DNA of 57,167 nucleotides, from positions 1 to 57,167 of the forward strand of contig CAYUGZ010000004.1 in NCBI GenBank assembly GCA_964444465.1, written 5' to 3'. Position 1 is the first letter of the stretch. Each line of letters starts with the position of its first letter. A program made the position numbers and the translations under genes. The notes under the pieces are model-generated. The model searched no databases, was not told where the DNA came from, and was given only the letters and a program-made list of their open reading frames with translations. This DNA is from Candidatus Woesearchaeota archaeon. Its GTDB lineage: Archaea > Nanobdellota > Nanobdellia > SCGC-AAA011-G17 > JACPNG01. Below, piece by piece: positions 47,614-57,167 of the stretch.

Positions 47614-49116
47614 TCATTTAACAAGTTTTCCTGCTTTCTCAAATTTAATCTCTTTATCTAATAATTTATTTATAATTTCTCTTAAATCTTTTATCTTAAC
47701 TCTTATTTGTTTTTCAGTATCTCTATCTCTTATTGTAACATCTTTATTTTTTATAGAATCAAAGTCTATTGTTAAACAATAAGGAGTTCCGACCTCTGCT
47801 GCCCTTAAATATCTTTTACCAACAGAAGCAACATCATCATACACACAAACAAAATTTTTATCTAAATTATTTTTAATTTCTTTTGCTATCTTCATTAAAC
47901 TTGGCTTTTTAATAAGTGGAAATACCATCAAATCTATAGGGGTTAAATGATAAGGAAGTCTAAACATTGTTTTACCATCTTTTTTCTCTTTTTTCTCATA
48001 AAAGGTATCTAATAAAGAAAATACAGGCCTGTCTGTACCAAAAGCAATTTCTAGGATATGGGGAATGAATTTACTTCCATCTTCTCTTGTAGCCTCTAAA
48101 TTTTCTTTAGAATGTTCTCCGTGTTTCATTAGATCATAATCGGTTCTATCATGGACACCACAAACCTCTGTCCAACCAAAACTTCTTAATTTAATCTCAA
48201 TGTCCCATGCATCATCTGCATAAAATGCTTTTTCATCAGGATTATGTTGTCTTATTCTAATATTTGATTTAGGAACACCCATACTAATAAACTGCTGATA
48301 AGCTAACCATACACACCAAGCATATGCTTTTGTTTTTATTATTCTAGATTTTATTAAAGAATCAAGACTAACTAAATTAGGATCTTTTTTCTTTTTTTGT
48401 AGTTTATAATCCCACATTGGCAGTTTTAAATTTTTTATTTTGTTATATTCTGGCCAATTATCCTTTTCTACAGGATCAATAATAATTTGTGCTTCTGCTT
48501 GAGTAAATTCCCTTCCTCTTATGACATGTTGTCTTGGAGAAATCTCATTTCTATATGCTTTACCAATCTGAAATACACCAAATGGAAGTTTTTTCTTAAA
48601 GAACATATAATTTCTTTTGTAAGGAAGATAAGTAACAGTTGCTGTTTCTGGTCTTAAAGAAGCATCTTCTCCACCAACTTTAGTTTTCATCATTAATGAT
48701 TCATTTTTAATTTCATGTTTAAAATCACCTTTACAACTAGGACATTTAATCTTTTTTTGTTTGAATAATTTTAGAATTTCTTTACTATCTGTTATTCCTT
48801 CTTCTTCTAATAGATGATCTGCCCTAAACTTAGCTTTACATTTACTACATTCTATGATTGGATCATTAAATGTATCTAAATGACCAGAAGCTTTCCATAC
48901 TATGTCTGGTAGAATTGTAGGACCTTCTAATTCCCATATATCATTTGATTTAAAAATAGATCTTACAGAATTTTAAACTTTATTTTTTAATAATTATCCA
49001 AAAGGCCCATAAGTATAAAATACAGCCATTCCTCCATATATCTCTGGTTAAGGACCCCATATAAATCCTTTTTCTACTACAAAACTAATAAAGTCTTTTA
49101 GGAAATCATTGTTCAT
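47614..49116 (-). pseudogene. glyS: glycyl-tRNA synthetase (archaeal/eukaryal class II) interrupted by three in-frame TAA codons
   Basis: One continuous frame from ATG 49116 reads MNNDFLKDFISFVVEKGFIWGP*PEIYGGMAVFYTYGPFG*LLKNKV*NSVRSIF...SGHLDTFNDPIIEC...MMKTKVGG.... The stops are at 49050..49048, 48996..48994 and 48975..48973. Motif 2 (FRNEISPR..REFTQAE) and the anticodon-binding domain are intact. Confidence 0.8.
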
Positions 49117-49199
49117 CTTATTATTTATAATCTATAGTTTATAATTTTTATGATTCTTTTAATCTAAAGATTTTTAAATTTGATACTTCATTTTATTAC

Positions 49200-50108
49200 A
49201 TGAATAAAATAATCTTAGTTAAACCAAGGGGATTTTGTGCAGGTGTTGATAGAGCTATAGAAATAGTTGAAAAAGCTCTTGAAATTCACAAAAAAGTGTA
49301 TGTAAAACATCAAATTGTCCATAATACACATGTTGTAGAAGATTTAGAGAAAAAAGGAGTAATATTTGTAGAAGAGTTAAATGAAATTCCAAATGATAGT
49401 TTAGTTATCTTTAGTGCACATGGTGTTTCTCCAAAAGTTATAGAAGAAGCTAAAAAAAGAAACTTAAAATTTTTAGATGCTACTTGTCCTTTAGTAACTA
49501 AAGTTCATTTAGAAGCTATTCGATATAATAAAGAAAATTATTCTATAATATTAATAGGTCATAAAGGGCACCAAGAAGTAATTGGAACAATGGGGGAAGC
49601 TCCAATGTTTTTAGTAGGAAATATTGAAGATGTTAATAATTTAGATATTAATTCTGAAAAAATTGCTTATATAACTCAAACTACTTTAAGTTTAGATGAC
49701 ACAAAAAATATTGTGGATGCTTTAAAGAAAAAATATTTGAATATTGAATCTCCTAAATCTAAAGATATTTGTTATGCTACCCAAAATAGACAAAATGCAA
49801 TAAAAGAATTAACTAAAACTTGTGAATTAATTTTAGTTGTAGGGTCTAAAAATAGTTCTAATTCTAATAGATTAGTTGAAACTGCTGAACTTCATGGATG
49901 TAAATCTTATTTGATAGAAAATAAAAATTTTGTTGATGAAGAATGGTTAAAAAATGTTGAAAATTTAGGAATAAGTTCAGGTGCTTCTGCTCCAGAAATA
50001 TTAGTTCAAGAGTTAGTTGATGATTTGAAAAATAAATTTAATTGCAAAATAGAATATTCAAATATTATAGAAGAAAACATTAAATTTACTCTTCCTATGA
50101 TAAAATAA
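49200..50108 (+). CDS. ispH: 4-hydroxy-3-methylbut-2-enyl diphosphate reductase (IspH/LytB)
   Basis: Three cluster cysteines in GFCAGVDRAI, ATCPLVTKVH and ICYATQNRQ, plus SSNSNRL. Confidence 0.88.
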   Translation: MNKIILVKPRGFCAGVDRAIEIVEKALEIHKKVYVKHQIVHNTHVVEDLEKKGVIFVEELNEIPNDSLVIFSAHGVSPKVIEEAKKRNLKFLDATCPLVTKVHLEAIRYNKENYSIILIGHKGHQEVIGTMGEAPMFLVGNIEDVNNLDINSEKIAYITQTTLSLDDTKNIVDALKKKYLNIESPKSKDICYATQNRQNAIKELTKTCELILVVGSKNSSNSNRLVETAELHGCKSYLIENKNFVDEEWLKNVENLGISSGASAPEILVQELVDDLKNKFNCKIEYSNIIEENIKFTLPMIK

Positions 50109-50128
50109 TCTTTTTTCTTTTATAAATC

Positions 50129-51292
50129 TTAAGTTGCTGTTATTGATGCTTGTTGATTTTCTAAACACTTTCTCAAAACTTCAAAATACTCACCCATTAC
50201 TGACTCCCAATTATATCTCTCAATAATCTTATTTGAGGTTTCTTTATCAACTATTATTCTCTTATCTTTTATACTCTTAATCTTTTTAACTACAGAATCC
50301 ATGTTATTGATATCTACAACAAAATCTTCTAATCCAACTTTTTCTAATGCCCCTTTTACTCCAACTGTTCTATTTACAATAGCTGGAGTCCCTGTTGTAA
50401 TGGCCTCTAAAGGAACATTCCCAAATGTTTCAAAATGTGAAGGAGTTATAATCAAATCTACTGATCTATAAAAATCTGCTAATTCTTCATGAGGCATATA
50501 ATCAAATACTTTTACTCCTTCTTCCTCTAACATCTTAAGAACATTTCTTTGATAAGTATTAGGAAAATCAATTGAATGTTTTTCAGTCACACATAAATAA
50601 TCAGCTTGTACATTACTTTTTTTCAAAACTTTTGCTAATTTGGCGAGAAATTCTAAATTTTTTATTTCATGAAGTCTACCAACAACTGCTATCTTAAATC
50701 TATCATTTGATGGTTTTCCTTTATGTCTAAAAAATTCTTCACTTACCCCATTATGTACAACATAAGAGTCTGGAAGTTTTATACCATGTATTTCTTCTAA
50801 AGTTTCTTTCGCATGACTTGAAGGAAATATAGAAGGGTATTCAGGATTTAAAAAATCTTTTCCAATTTCATGCCATAAAGGAGATGTTTCTTCTTTATCT
50901 ATAAGTCCAGCATATCTAATAGCAATAGGCAATCCTTGATTCTTAGCTGCTTGTAAAAGAAACCATGGATAATAAAAAGTTCCAACACAAAGTGCAATCT
51001 CAGGTTTATCTGATTCAATTATTCTCTCTATTTCTAAAACTTTATCTCTATGTTTTTTAGAAAAGTCCTCTGCATTTACAACATCATCTATAAGTCTAGT
51101 ATAATCTTTAGAAACAATTAAATGATGAACTGTAACATTTCTTTCATGTCTCTTAAAATAACTAAGATTATTTGGATCCCTATGAACTAAAGATAGATTA
51201 CATTCAGGATGTTTTTTTAAATAATTTAACATCTCTACACTTTCAGTTGCAATACCTCCCATTCCAGAGTGAGAATTTTTAATAATTTTCAT
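50129..51292 (-). CDS. GT-B glycosyltransferase (GT4-like)
   Basis: C-terminal domain motif SHFETFGNVPLEAITTGTPAIV. Confidence 0.8.
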   Translation of the reverse strand: MKIIKNSHSGMGGIATESVEMLNYLKKHPECNLSLVHRDPNNLSYFKRHERNVTVHHLIVSKDYTRLIDDVVNAEDFSKKHRDKVLEIERIIESDKPEIALCVGTFYYPWFLLQAAKNQGLPIAIRYAGLIDKEETSPLWHEIGKDFLNPEYPSIFPSSHAKETLEEIHGIKLPDSYVVHNGVSEEFFRHKGKPSNDRFKIAVVGRLHEIKNLEFLAKLAKVLKKSNVQADYLCVTEKHSIDFPNTYQRNVLKMLEEEGVKVFDYMPHEELADFYRSVDLIITPSHFETFGNVPLEAITTGTPAIVNRTVGVKGALEKVGLEDFVVDINNMDSVVKKIKSIKDKRIIVDKETSNKIIERYNWESVMGEYFEVLRKCLENQQASITAT

Positions 51293-51385
51293 TGTTAATT
51301 CCTAAAATTTAGTTCTTCGTTCTAAGAAATAGATCACTTATAAAACTTTCTATATTTATTACTACTAAAAAAGTATGATTATAGA

Positions 51386-52372
51386 TTAAACATCCTTAAT
51401 TCCATCATCAAATATTTGAAATATTGCTTCTCCATCTGGCATTGCAGGTGCATCAACTAATTTAGCTACTCTTGTTCCTTTTTTTCCTCTTCTCAAATAG
51501 ATTCTATAAGTTGAAGCATGTGCTAAAACATGCCCTCCAATAGCCTCAGTAGGGTCTCCGAAAAACGTATCTGGTTTTGACATTACTTGATTTGTTATAT
51601 AAACAGCTATATCATATTTTGTAGCTAACTTCATCAATTGATGCATATGTTTATTCAATTTTTGTTGTCTATCTGCTAATTGACCTCTTCCAGAATAATC
51701 TGATCTAAAATGCCCCATTAAAGAATCCATAATAATTAATTTAATTGGCAAACCATCTTTAATTAAATCTTCAACTTTTTCTGCTAATAACATTTGATGG
51801 TCTGAATTAAAAGATCTAACCCCTCTAAAATTCTTTAATGCTTCTTCTGGATTTAAACCTTGAGCTTCTGCTAATTGTTTTAAAAATTCAGGTCTTAACG
51901 TACTTTCAGAATCAATCCATACAGCCATTCCTTCAGCCCCACCTTTCTCTTTAGAAAGTTGAACATTAACAGCTAATTGATGAGCTAAGGTAGTCTTTCC
52001 AGATCCATATTGGCCATAAGCTTCTGTTATAGCTCCTGTTTCTACACCTCCTCCAATCAAAGCATCAAAATTTTTAGATCCTGTTGTAATTTTAGTTACT
52101 TGTTCTCTTTTTTTCATCAAATCTTCTCCTGATTCAAAACCCATATCTAATTTAGTTCTAGCTACATTAATTATTCTTTTAGCTACATTATCTCCAATTC
52201 CACAAGCTTCAACTAATTCTGCTGGAGAAGCTACAGCTATTGACATTAAATCATTGTATCCTGAATCACTTAATTTTTCTGCAGTTGCTGAACCAACCCC
52301 TGGAAGATCTGATATTGAATATTCTTTTTTCTCTTTCTTAGCTTCTTCTTTCTTAATCTCTTTTTCTGCCAT
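51386..52372 (-). CDS. radA: RadA recombinase
   Basis: N-terminal HhH (LPGVGSATAEKL), Walker A GQYGSGKT, Walker B LIIMDS. Confidence 0.92.
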   Translation of the reverse strand: MAEKEIKKEEAKKEKKEYSISDLPGVGSATAEKLSDSGYNDLMSIAVASPAELVEACGIGDNVAKRIINVARTKLDMGFESGEDLMKKREQVTKITTGSKNFDALIGGGVETGAITEAYGQYGSGKTTLAHQLAVNVQLSKEKGGAEGMAVWIDSESTLRPEFLKQLAEAQGLNPEEALKNFRGVRSFNSDHQMLLAEKVEDLIKDGLPIKLIIMDSLMGHFRSDYSGRGQLADRQQKLNKHMHQLMKLATKYDIAVYITNQVMSKPDTFFGDPTEAIGGHVLAHASTYRIYLRRGKKGTRVAKLVDAPAMPDGEAIFQIFDDGIKDV

Positions 52373-52374
52373 CT

Positions 52375-52650
52375 TTATTCCTCCTCATCTTCTCTTTCTT
52401 TATTTTCTTTATCAGCTTCGAAAAATAAGTAATCTTGCACCTTATTTAACAATAGTTGTAGTTTAACTATATCTTGTCTCCTTAGATTATTAATAACATC
52501 AGATCTCCAAATATCTTCTTCTTTCTTTTTATATCCTTTAGAAATACTAAAAGTTTTGAAAGAAACTTCTCCACCATTAAATTCTTTTTTATTTTCCCAA
52601 ACAGAAAAATCAATATTCCCTAATCTCCATTTTTGTATTGGTCTTGGCAT
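52375..52650 (-). CDS. small hypothetical protein upstream of radA (weak PC4/YdbC-like ssDNA-binding resemblance)
   Basis: 91 aa with an acidic tail. Its stop is 2 nt from the radA start. Confidence 0.35.
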   Translation of the reverse strand: MPRPIQKWRLGNIDFSVWENKKEFNGGEVSFKTFSISKGYKKKEEDIWRSDVINNLRRQDIVKLQLLLNKVQDYLFFEADKENKEREDEEE

Positions 52651-52820
52651 TTTTCCCTCCTTATCGGATTTTATTTCATATAATCAAGAAATAGTTTGCT
52701 TAAAACAAAGTCAGCTATTCGCAATCTATTTCATTGACTTATTATGTATAAGATAAAATTATTTATAAACCTGACGTGTATTTGTCTGGTGTCCGCTATA
52801 AATATTCTAGAAGATATACA

Positions 52821-53285
52821 TTAAAAAATAGTTTCTACCATTAAAACAATCGCAATTAAAATTGAAGTTAGTAAAGCATATTCTAAAATTCCTCCAGTTT
52901 TAATAAATCCACTAATATGGAATTTATGGAATGGTTTCAAAAAACTTATCCCTTTTATATTTAATGAATCTATTAACAAATGAGAGATAAATCCTAATAA
53001 AAAAGCAAATCCAACAAGTTGATAGTTAAATATGCTTAAAATAATAAAAACTGCAATTGGAACATAAATAGTGTGCATTAATCCTCTATGTCCAAACAAA
53101 ATTTCTAAGAAGAAAGATAAAAGTTTAACTTTAGATCCTATCTTAGAAGACATTTTGTCTATATCTGCAACTATCGAACTAAAAACTATAATTGAAATAA
53201 AAATGATATTATTTGGGACTTCAAAATAAGTAATTGAAATTAATGCAACTAAAAACCCAAAAACAAGATGTGTTATGAACATCAT
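52821..53285 (-). CDS. membrane-bound metal-dependent hydrolase (DUF457/YdjM-like)
   Basis: N-terminal ITHLVFG, DIDK, GHRGLMHT and SHLLIDSL within TM helices. Confidence 0.7.
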   Translation of the reverse strand: MMFITHLVFGFLVALISITYFEVPNNIIFISIIVFSSIVADIDKMSSKIGSKVKLLSFFLEILFGHRGLMHTIYVPIAVFIILSIFNYQLVGFAFLLGFISHLLIDSLNIKGISFLKPFHKFHISGFIKTGGILEYALLTSILIAIVLMVETIF

Positions 53286-54280
53286 TTTAACTTACTTAAC
53301 AATTCATCTACTGAATCTTTAACATTTATCTCTTCTACAGAATTAGCAATAAATTCTAATCTATCAAACATCTCATTCTTTACAACTTTCCCATTGATAA
53401 TAATTTGAGTGCCCATAACTTTTTCTCTTACTTCATTAAATTTATTTGTATCTTCTTTTAATTTTATAACTTCCTCATTATTTATCTTTAATATTTCTGC
53501 TACATTATCTCTAAAAGCAACTATTCTGATATTTTCAGTACTATCATCAAAAAATAAATTTAGAATTGGAGTGATTTTTTCTTTAACAATACCATGGACC
53601 TCACATTTGTATTTATCCCCTTCTAATCCTAATTTTTTATTGCATTCAGGACAAGCATTGTAGAATTTTGGTTCAAATAATTGAACAATAGTTCCAGATA
53701 AAGAAACATTATCACCTATTTGTAGATCTTTAATTTGTTTTCTTTGTAATTTTCTTTGTATATTAACTAAAACATCACCTAAAGTCTCATTTTCAGGATT
53801 AACCTCAAAAGAACTTGATTTGTTTAGATGTATCTCTTTAAACCCATTATTATCTCTTATGTATCCATTATTTATTAATAACAAATCTCCTTCTTTTACT
53901 TCTTGCAATGAATTAATTTGAGTTTCATCCCATACAACTAATCTCATAGCTCCAGTATCATCTCCAATTAATAAATTTTGAACTTTTCCTTCTCTATTTT
54001 CTTTTTTAAATTCTCTAACTTCATTCTTTTGAACTAATTTAACTAAAACTTCCATAGAAGTCATTCCGATCATCAATTCATTTATTTTGAATCTTTTTTT
54101 ATTTAAATCAAAAATTTTAATTCCTAAATCATTAGCAACTATATATGCTGCCCCATCTTTACTAACTAGATTATTTAATTGAGAAATTTTGTTATTTACT
54201 TTTTCTTCTATCTCTTTATCTGAAAGTTTCTTCTCTTCTTTTATCTTCTTTACAATATCTTCATAGCTTATTTTATACAT
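53282..54280 (-). CDS. replication protein A (OB folds + zinc ribbon)
   Basis: Repeated OB-like segments and CPECNKKL...YKCEVHG. Confidence 0.7.
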   Translation of the reverse strand: MYKISYEDIVKKIKEEKKLSDKEIEEKVNNKISQLNNLVSKDGAAYIVANDLGIKIFDLNKKRFKINELMIGMTSMEVLVKLVQKNEVREFKKENREGKVQNLLIGDDTGAMRLVVWDETQINSLQEVKEGDLLLINNGYIRDNNGFKEIHLNKSSSFEVNPENETLGDVLVNIQRKLQRKQIKDLQIGDNVSLSGTIVQLFEPKFYNACPECNKKLGLEGDKYKCEVHGIVKEKITPILNLFFDDSTENIRIVAFRDNVAEILKINNEEVIKLKEDTNKFNEVREKVMGTQIIINGKVVKNEMFDRLEFIANSVEEINVKDSVDELLSKLK

Positions 54281-54283
54281 CTT

Positions 54284-55225
54284 TTAATTTAATATTTGGG
54301 TTGAAATTTCTTTTCTATGTTTTATTGGGATCTCTTTTGTTGTTACTATGGATTTATAAGGGTAACTCAAACTTATTTCTAATGGGTTTGAAAAAAAGTT
54401 TGAACTATCTAAGCTAACTTGTTTAAAACAATCAACTTCTAATTTTTTTCTTGATTCCCTGAATTTTAATAAATTAGGACTACAAGTAAAAGGTCCTTTT
54501 CCTTTTAATATTATTCTTCCATTTATGTCTAAACTATTTTCTTCATTATTTATCCATCCATCACTTCCACCAAAATCTTCAAAAGTTAAAGTCAAGAAAA
54601 TTTCAGCAGTTGCATCACCTACTGAATCTAATTCTTGTTTAATATTAGTTACAGTAACTGGTGCATGTTGTGCATCAAAACCAAGATCACTATTTGAAAA
54701 AGACCTTCTCGAAGTACATTCTTGCTCATTTACTTTTGCATCTCTACTCTTTACACATATATCTGTAAAAAATTTAACATTATAATCATATTCTAATTCA
54801 GCTCTTATTGTGGTTCCAGTTAAAGAAGGTGAAGGGGGATAAGTATATGATCCTAAATCTATTTCTTTTCCTTTAGGTGTAGATCTAATACCTTTATCTA
54901 AACCTTCTAAATCAAATCTTTGTTGGACTCTACCTTGGATAGCTGATAATGATCCTGACAATTTATCTGATAAATAAATATCTCCTGAAGTTGGTTGTGA
55001 AGCCCAATTTTCTAATAAAACTCTAACACTAAATGGAAATTCAGATCTTATTCTATCTTGTGACGGTGATCCTTCTATAAATTTTAATGTGACGCCACGA
55101 TTAGTTAATCTTCCAGATTGTGAATTTACTTCAGATATAACATTTTTGTCTGGAGCATTTGTATTAGTAGGAAAACAACCTGAAATGATTACTAGAGAAA
55201 CTAATAATAGAATTAAATATCTCAT
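54284..55225 (-). CDS. secreted/lipoprotein-like hypothetical protein
   Basis: Signal plus lipobox-like LLLVSLVIISGC. Confidence 0.5.
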   Translation of the reverse strand: MRYLILLLVSLVIISGCFPTNTNAPDKNVISEVNSQSGRLTNRGVTLKFIEGSPSQDRIRSEFPFSVRVLLENWASQPTSGDIYLSDKLSGSLSAIQGRVQQRFDLEGLDKGIRSTPKGKEIDLGSYTYPPSPSLTGTTIRAELEYDYNVKFFTDICVKSRDAKVNEQECTSRRSFSNSDLGFDAQHAPVTVTNIKQELDSVGDATAEIFLTLTFEDFGGSDGWINNEENSLDINGRIILKGKGPFTCSPNLLKFRESRKKLEVDCFKQVSLDSSNFFSNPLEISLSYPYKSIVTTKEIPIKHRKEISTQILN

Positions 55226-55236
55226 TCAATAAAAAA

Positions 55237-56781
55237 CTACAATTTCTTTAAAAGGTTTTCTGTGAATAAAATAGCATTTGTTGTTATTCCATTAGTATTT
55301 TTATCAAGTTTAGTAAATAATGAATCTTCTTTTTTTCTTATTTGAACTGATGAGTCTTTAGATACACCATAAGTATAGATTGCATTTGTTCTTAATTTAT
55401 AAACATCTATTAAATCTCCTTCAGGAGCTTCTTGTATCTTTATTCCACATCTAAAAGCTAAACTATTATCTCTAAACTTAACACAATCTTCACTATTTTT
55501 ATTTTTACTATAACAAACATTATTTATCTTTTCATTGATATTTTTTATTATTTGAGAAGATAGTTTTCCATCAATGAAATTTTCACAGCTATTTTGATTA
55601 ATTGTTACTTGTTGTTTATTCAAAGAAAAAATCTCTAGAAATTTTAATTTATATAAATTCCCTCCCCATTCAATTTTGTTTGAGGCTGTATTTATAATTC
55701 CAATTACAAGATCTGCATTCTGTTTGGTGAGTGGTTGTCTAGCTAATAATTGAATAGATGCAGGAATTGGAACTTTAGCACCTATCTGTAAAGATCTTAT
55801 TTGCCCATCACCTTTCCATAATCCTGTAGATTTTAAATTATCAAGTAAATCATTTCTTTTAAGTAAATTTTCACCACCAATTGAAGAGAGCCTTTCTTCA
55901 TTACCTACATGTAAATCTAAGATTGTAGTTGTTTTAACATCATACTTAACATTTAATTTTACTGATTTTCCTACTCTTGATTTATCTTTAAAGTTAGAAC
56001 TATAACTATCTTTTGGAAGAGTACATCTAACTGATACAGTTTTTGTTCCACCGAAAGGGCTACCTTTTACAGTAGTAGACACTTGATTAACTCCTTTTGT
56101 ACTTTCAATTCCCACAACTTCAATTTCAATTGATTTAATCTGATCTTCTGCACTACAACTTAAATCTAATCTTAAATCATCTTCTACATTAATTATATCT
56201 ACTAATCCATCTAAAATTATTTTATCTCCATCTTCATAAAAAGGTTTGAATGATTTAAATTGAGATATAATGACTCCCCTTTTTTCTTTTGGTTTTTGTG
56301 CTACAACTGGATTTTCAAACTTTCCAATTTTTGCAAGTTCTTCAGGAAATTTTGCATAAAAAGGGAGACCTTGTATAATTGCATCTTTGGTTATTATTAT
56401 TTTATTACCTATTTCACTTGCTTTAATTTGAGAAACAAAAACACTACAAGTACCAGGATAAAATTGACAGTAAAAAGTCCCAAAAATGAAAATTACAATA
56501 ATGATAGCTAAAAAAGCACCTAATCCAGGTCCTTTTTTCTCTTTAAGTGCAATTGGGGCTTGGTTAACATTAACTTGTATTGGTTGTTGTTGCTGTTTTC
56601 TTCTTCTGAAAGGATAAGAAATAATTCTTGCTGGATTTTTAACAGATCTTCTAAATCTATGTCCTGATAATTCATGCTCTTTTACTTTTGCAGCTACTTT
56701 TTCTGCCTTCTTCCTTCTATGTTCATCTACACCTTCTGAATATCCTTCTCTAAATCTTCTAAAACTATCAGCAAGTCCCAT
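55237..56781 (-). CDS. single-pass membrane protein with a basic cytoplasmic N-terminus and large external domain
   Basis: TM GLGAFLAIIIVIFIFGTFY after about 85 basic residues. Confidence 0.5.
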   Translation of the reverse strand: MGLADSFRRFREGYSEGVDEHRRKKAEKVAAKVKEHELSGHRFRRSVKNPARIISYPFRRRKQQQQPIQVNVNQAPIALKEKKGPGLGAFLAIIIVIFIFGTFYCQFYPGTCSVFVSQIKASEIGNKIIITKDAIIQGLPFYAKFPEELAKIGKFENPVVAQKPKEKRGVIISQFKSFKPFYEDGDKIILDGLVDIINVEDDLRLDLSCSAEDQIKSIEIEVVGIESTKGVNQVSTTVKGSPFGGTKTVSVRCTLPKDSYSSNFKDKSRVGKSVKLNVKYDVKTTTILDLHVGNEERLSSIGGENLLKRNDLLDNLKSTGLWKGDGQIRSLQIGAKVPIPASIQLLARQPLTKQNADLVIGIINTASNKIEWGGNLYKLKFLEIFSLNKQQVTINQNSCENFIDGKLSSQIIKNINEKINNVCYSKNKNSEDCVKFRDNSLAFRCGIKIQEAPEGDLIDVYKLRTNAIYTYGVSKDSSVQIRKKEDSLFTKLDKNTNGITTNAILFTENLLKKL

Positions 56782-56782
56782 T

Positions 56783-57167
56783 TTATATAACTTCTAAATC
56801 TGTTTTAAATTTTATAATTAGATTATCTTGAATCAATCTTTTATTTTCATTTTTTAATATCTTAAAGTTAGTTATTATTTCGAAATTAATAAAGTTACTC
56901 TCTCTATTAAGTTTCCATTCAAATCCTTTTTTATCTTTTATACAATTGCTTAGATCAGAAGCAATATCTCCTTTCTTTAAACAATCTTGTGATTTAATTA
57001 CTTCATCATGTAATTTATCTAAAACATCAAAATCAAAATTTATTTTTTCAATAAAAGAAGGATTTATCTCATAAGTTCCAGTTAGTATTGCCTCTTTTTT
57101 TGTGTCTAATGGGACAGATCCAGTTATCTTATTTAGTTCCTCATTAACTTTTCCAACATATTTATGT
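56783..57167 (-). CDS. hypothetical protein, N-terminus beyond window edge
   Basis: Open frame from the right edge to TAA at 56785..56783, ending ...NLIIKFKTDLEVI. Its stop is 1 nt from the next ATG. Confidence 0.4.
   Translation of the reverse strand, partial: HKYVGKVNEELNKITGSVPLDTKKEAILTGTYEINPSFIEKINFDFDVLDKLHDEVIKSQDCLKKGDIASDLSNCIKDKKGFEWKLNRESNFINFEIITNFKILKNENKRLIQDNLIIKFKTDLEVI

Noticed and set aside
47614-49116. Genome-wide reassignment of TAA to a sense codon
   Set aside because: TAA terminates many well-delimited genes here (for example tyrS, rps8e, the M23 peptidase and the RHH gene). Very long genes (1129, 978, 693 and 625 aa) are uninterrupted. Homologs carry different residues at the three positions.
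1114-56511. Remaining short track ORFs nested antisense in larger genes: 1114, 3851, 4247, 5330, 5582, 8084, 12059, 17269, 19237, 19714, 21040, 21561, 24483, 30329, 31376, 31719, 31965, 32961, 38043, 41305, 45725, 47283, 47588, 52254, 52556, 53409, 54525, 56260
   Set aside because: Each lies inside or opposite a longer ORF with recognisable motifs. Their translations are low-complexity Leu/Phe/Ile/Ser strings typical of AT-rich shadow frames.

Overview
This is a very AT-rich 57-kb archaeal chromosome segment. Single 60-nt lines mostly count 13-35% G+C. The archaeal assignment rests on PolD DP1/DP2, Orc1/Cdc6, TFB, RadA, RadB, RPA, Alba, an Sm-like protein, L37e/S8e/S17e, EndA, PAN, LonB and a XerA-like recombinase. 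Compact spacing, Lys/Asn/Ile-rich proteins, Cys-rich surface proteins and a pilin-like gene suggest a small-genome DPANN-type archaeon, which is inference only. I call about 70 CDS, three canonical tRNAs (Lys-CTT, Leu-TAG, Met/Ile2-CAT) each with a BRE/TATA at about -27, one malformed tRNA-like element, a probable oriC upstream of cdc6-polD, and several repeat or operator elements. Most interesting findings: (1) an ORFan island at 12.4-15.9 kb holding a tight four-gene operon of a small pol-beta nucleotidyltransferase, a 94-aa protein, a DEDDh 3'-5' exonuclease and a small membrane protein; this is my best candidate for an undescribed defence or toxin-type system. (2) Six AAAAGTGAG iteron-like repeats sit between two convergent paralogous coiled-coil/wHTH genes, one carrying an in-frame (GATT)n microsatellite. 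(3) glyS is otherwise intact but has three in-frame TAA codons and no frameshift. (4) Two clusters of secreted or membrane ORFans, one containing a 978-aa Cys-rich repeat protein. (5) An orphan ispH sits in an archaeal context. (6) A 65-bp duplicated promoter block precedes an RHH gene missing from the ORF track. Functional calls rest on motifs read by eye; no database search was possible.
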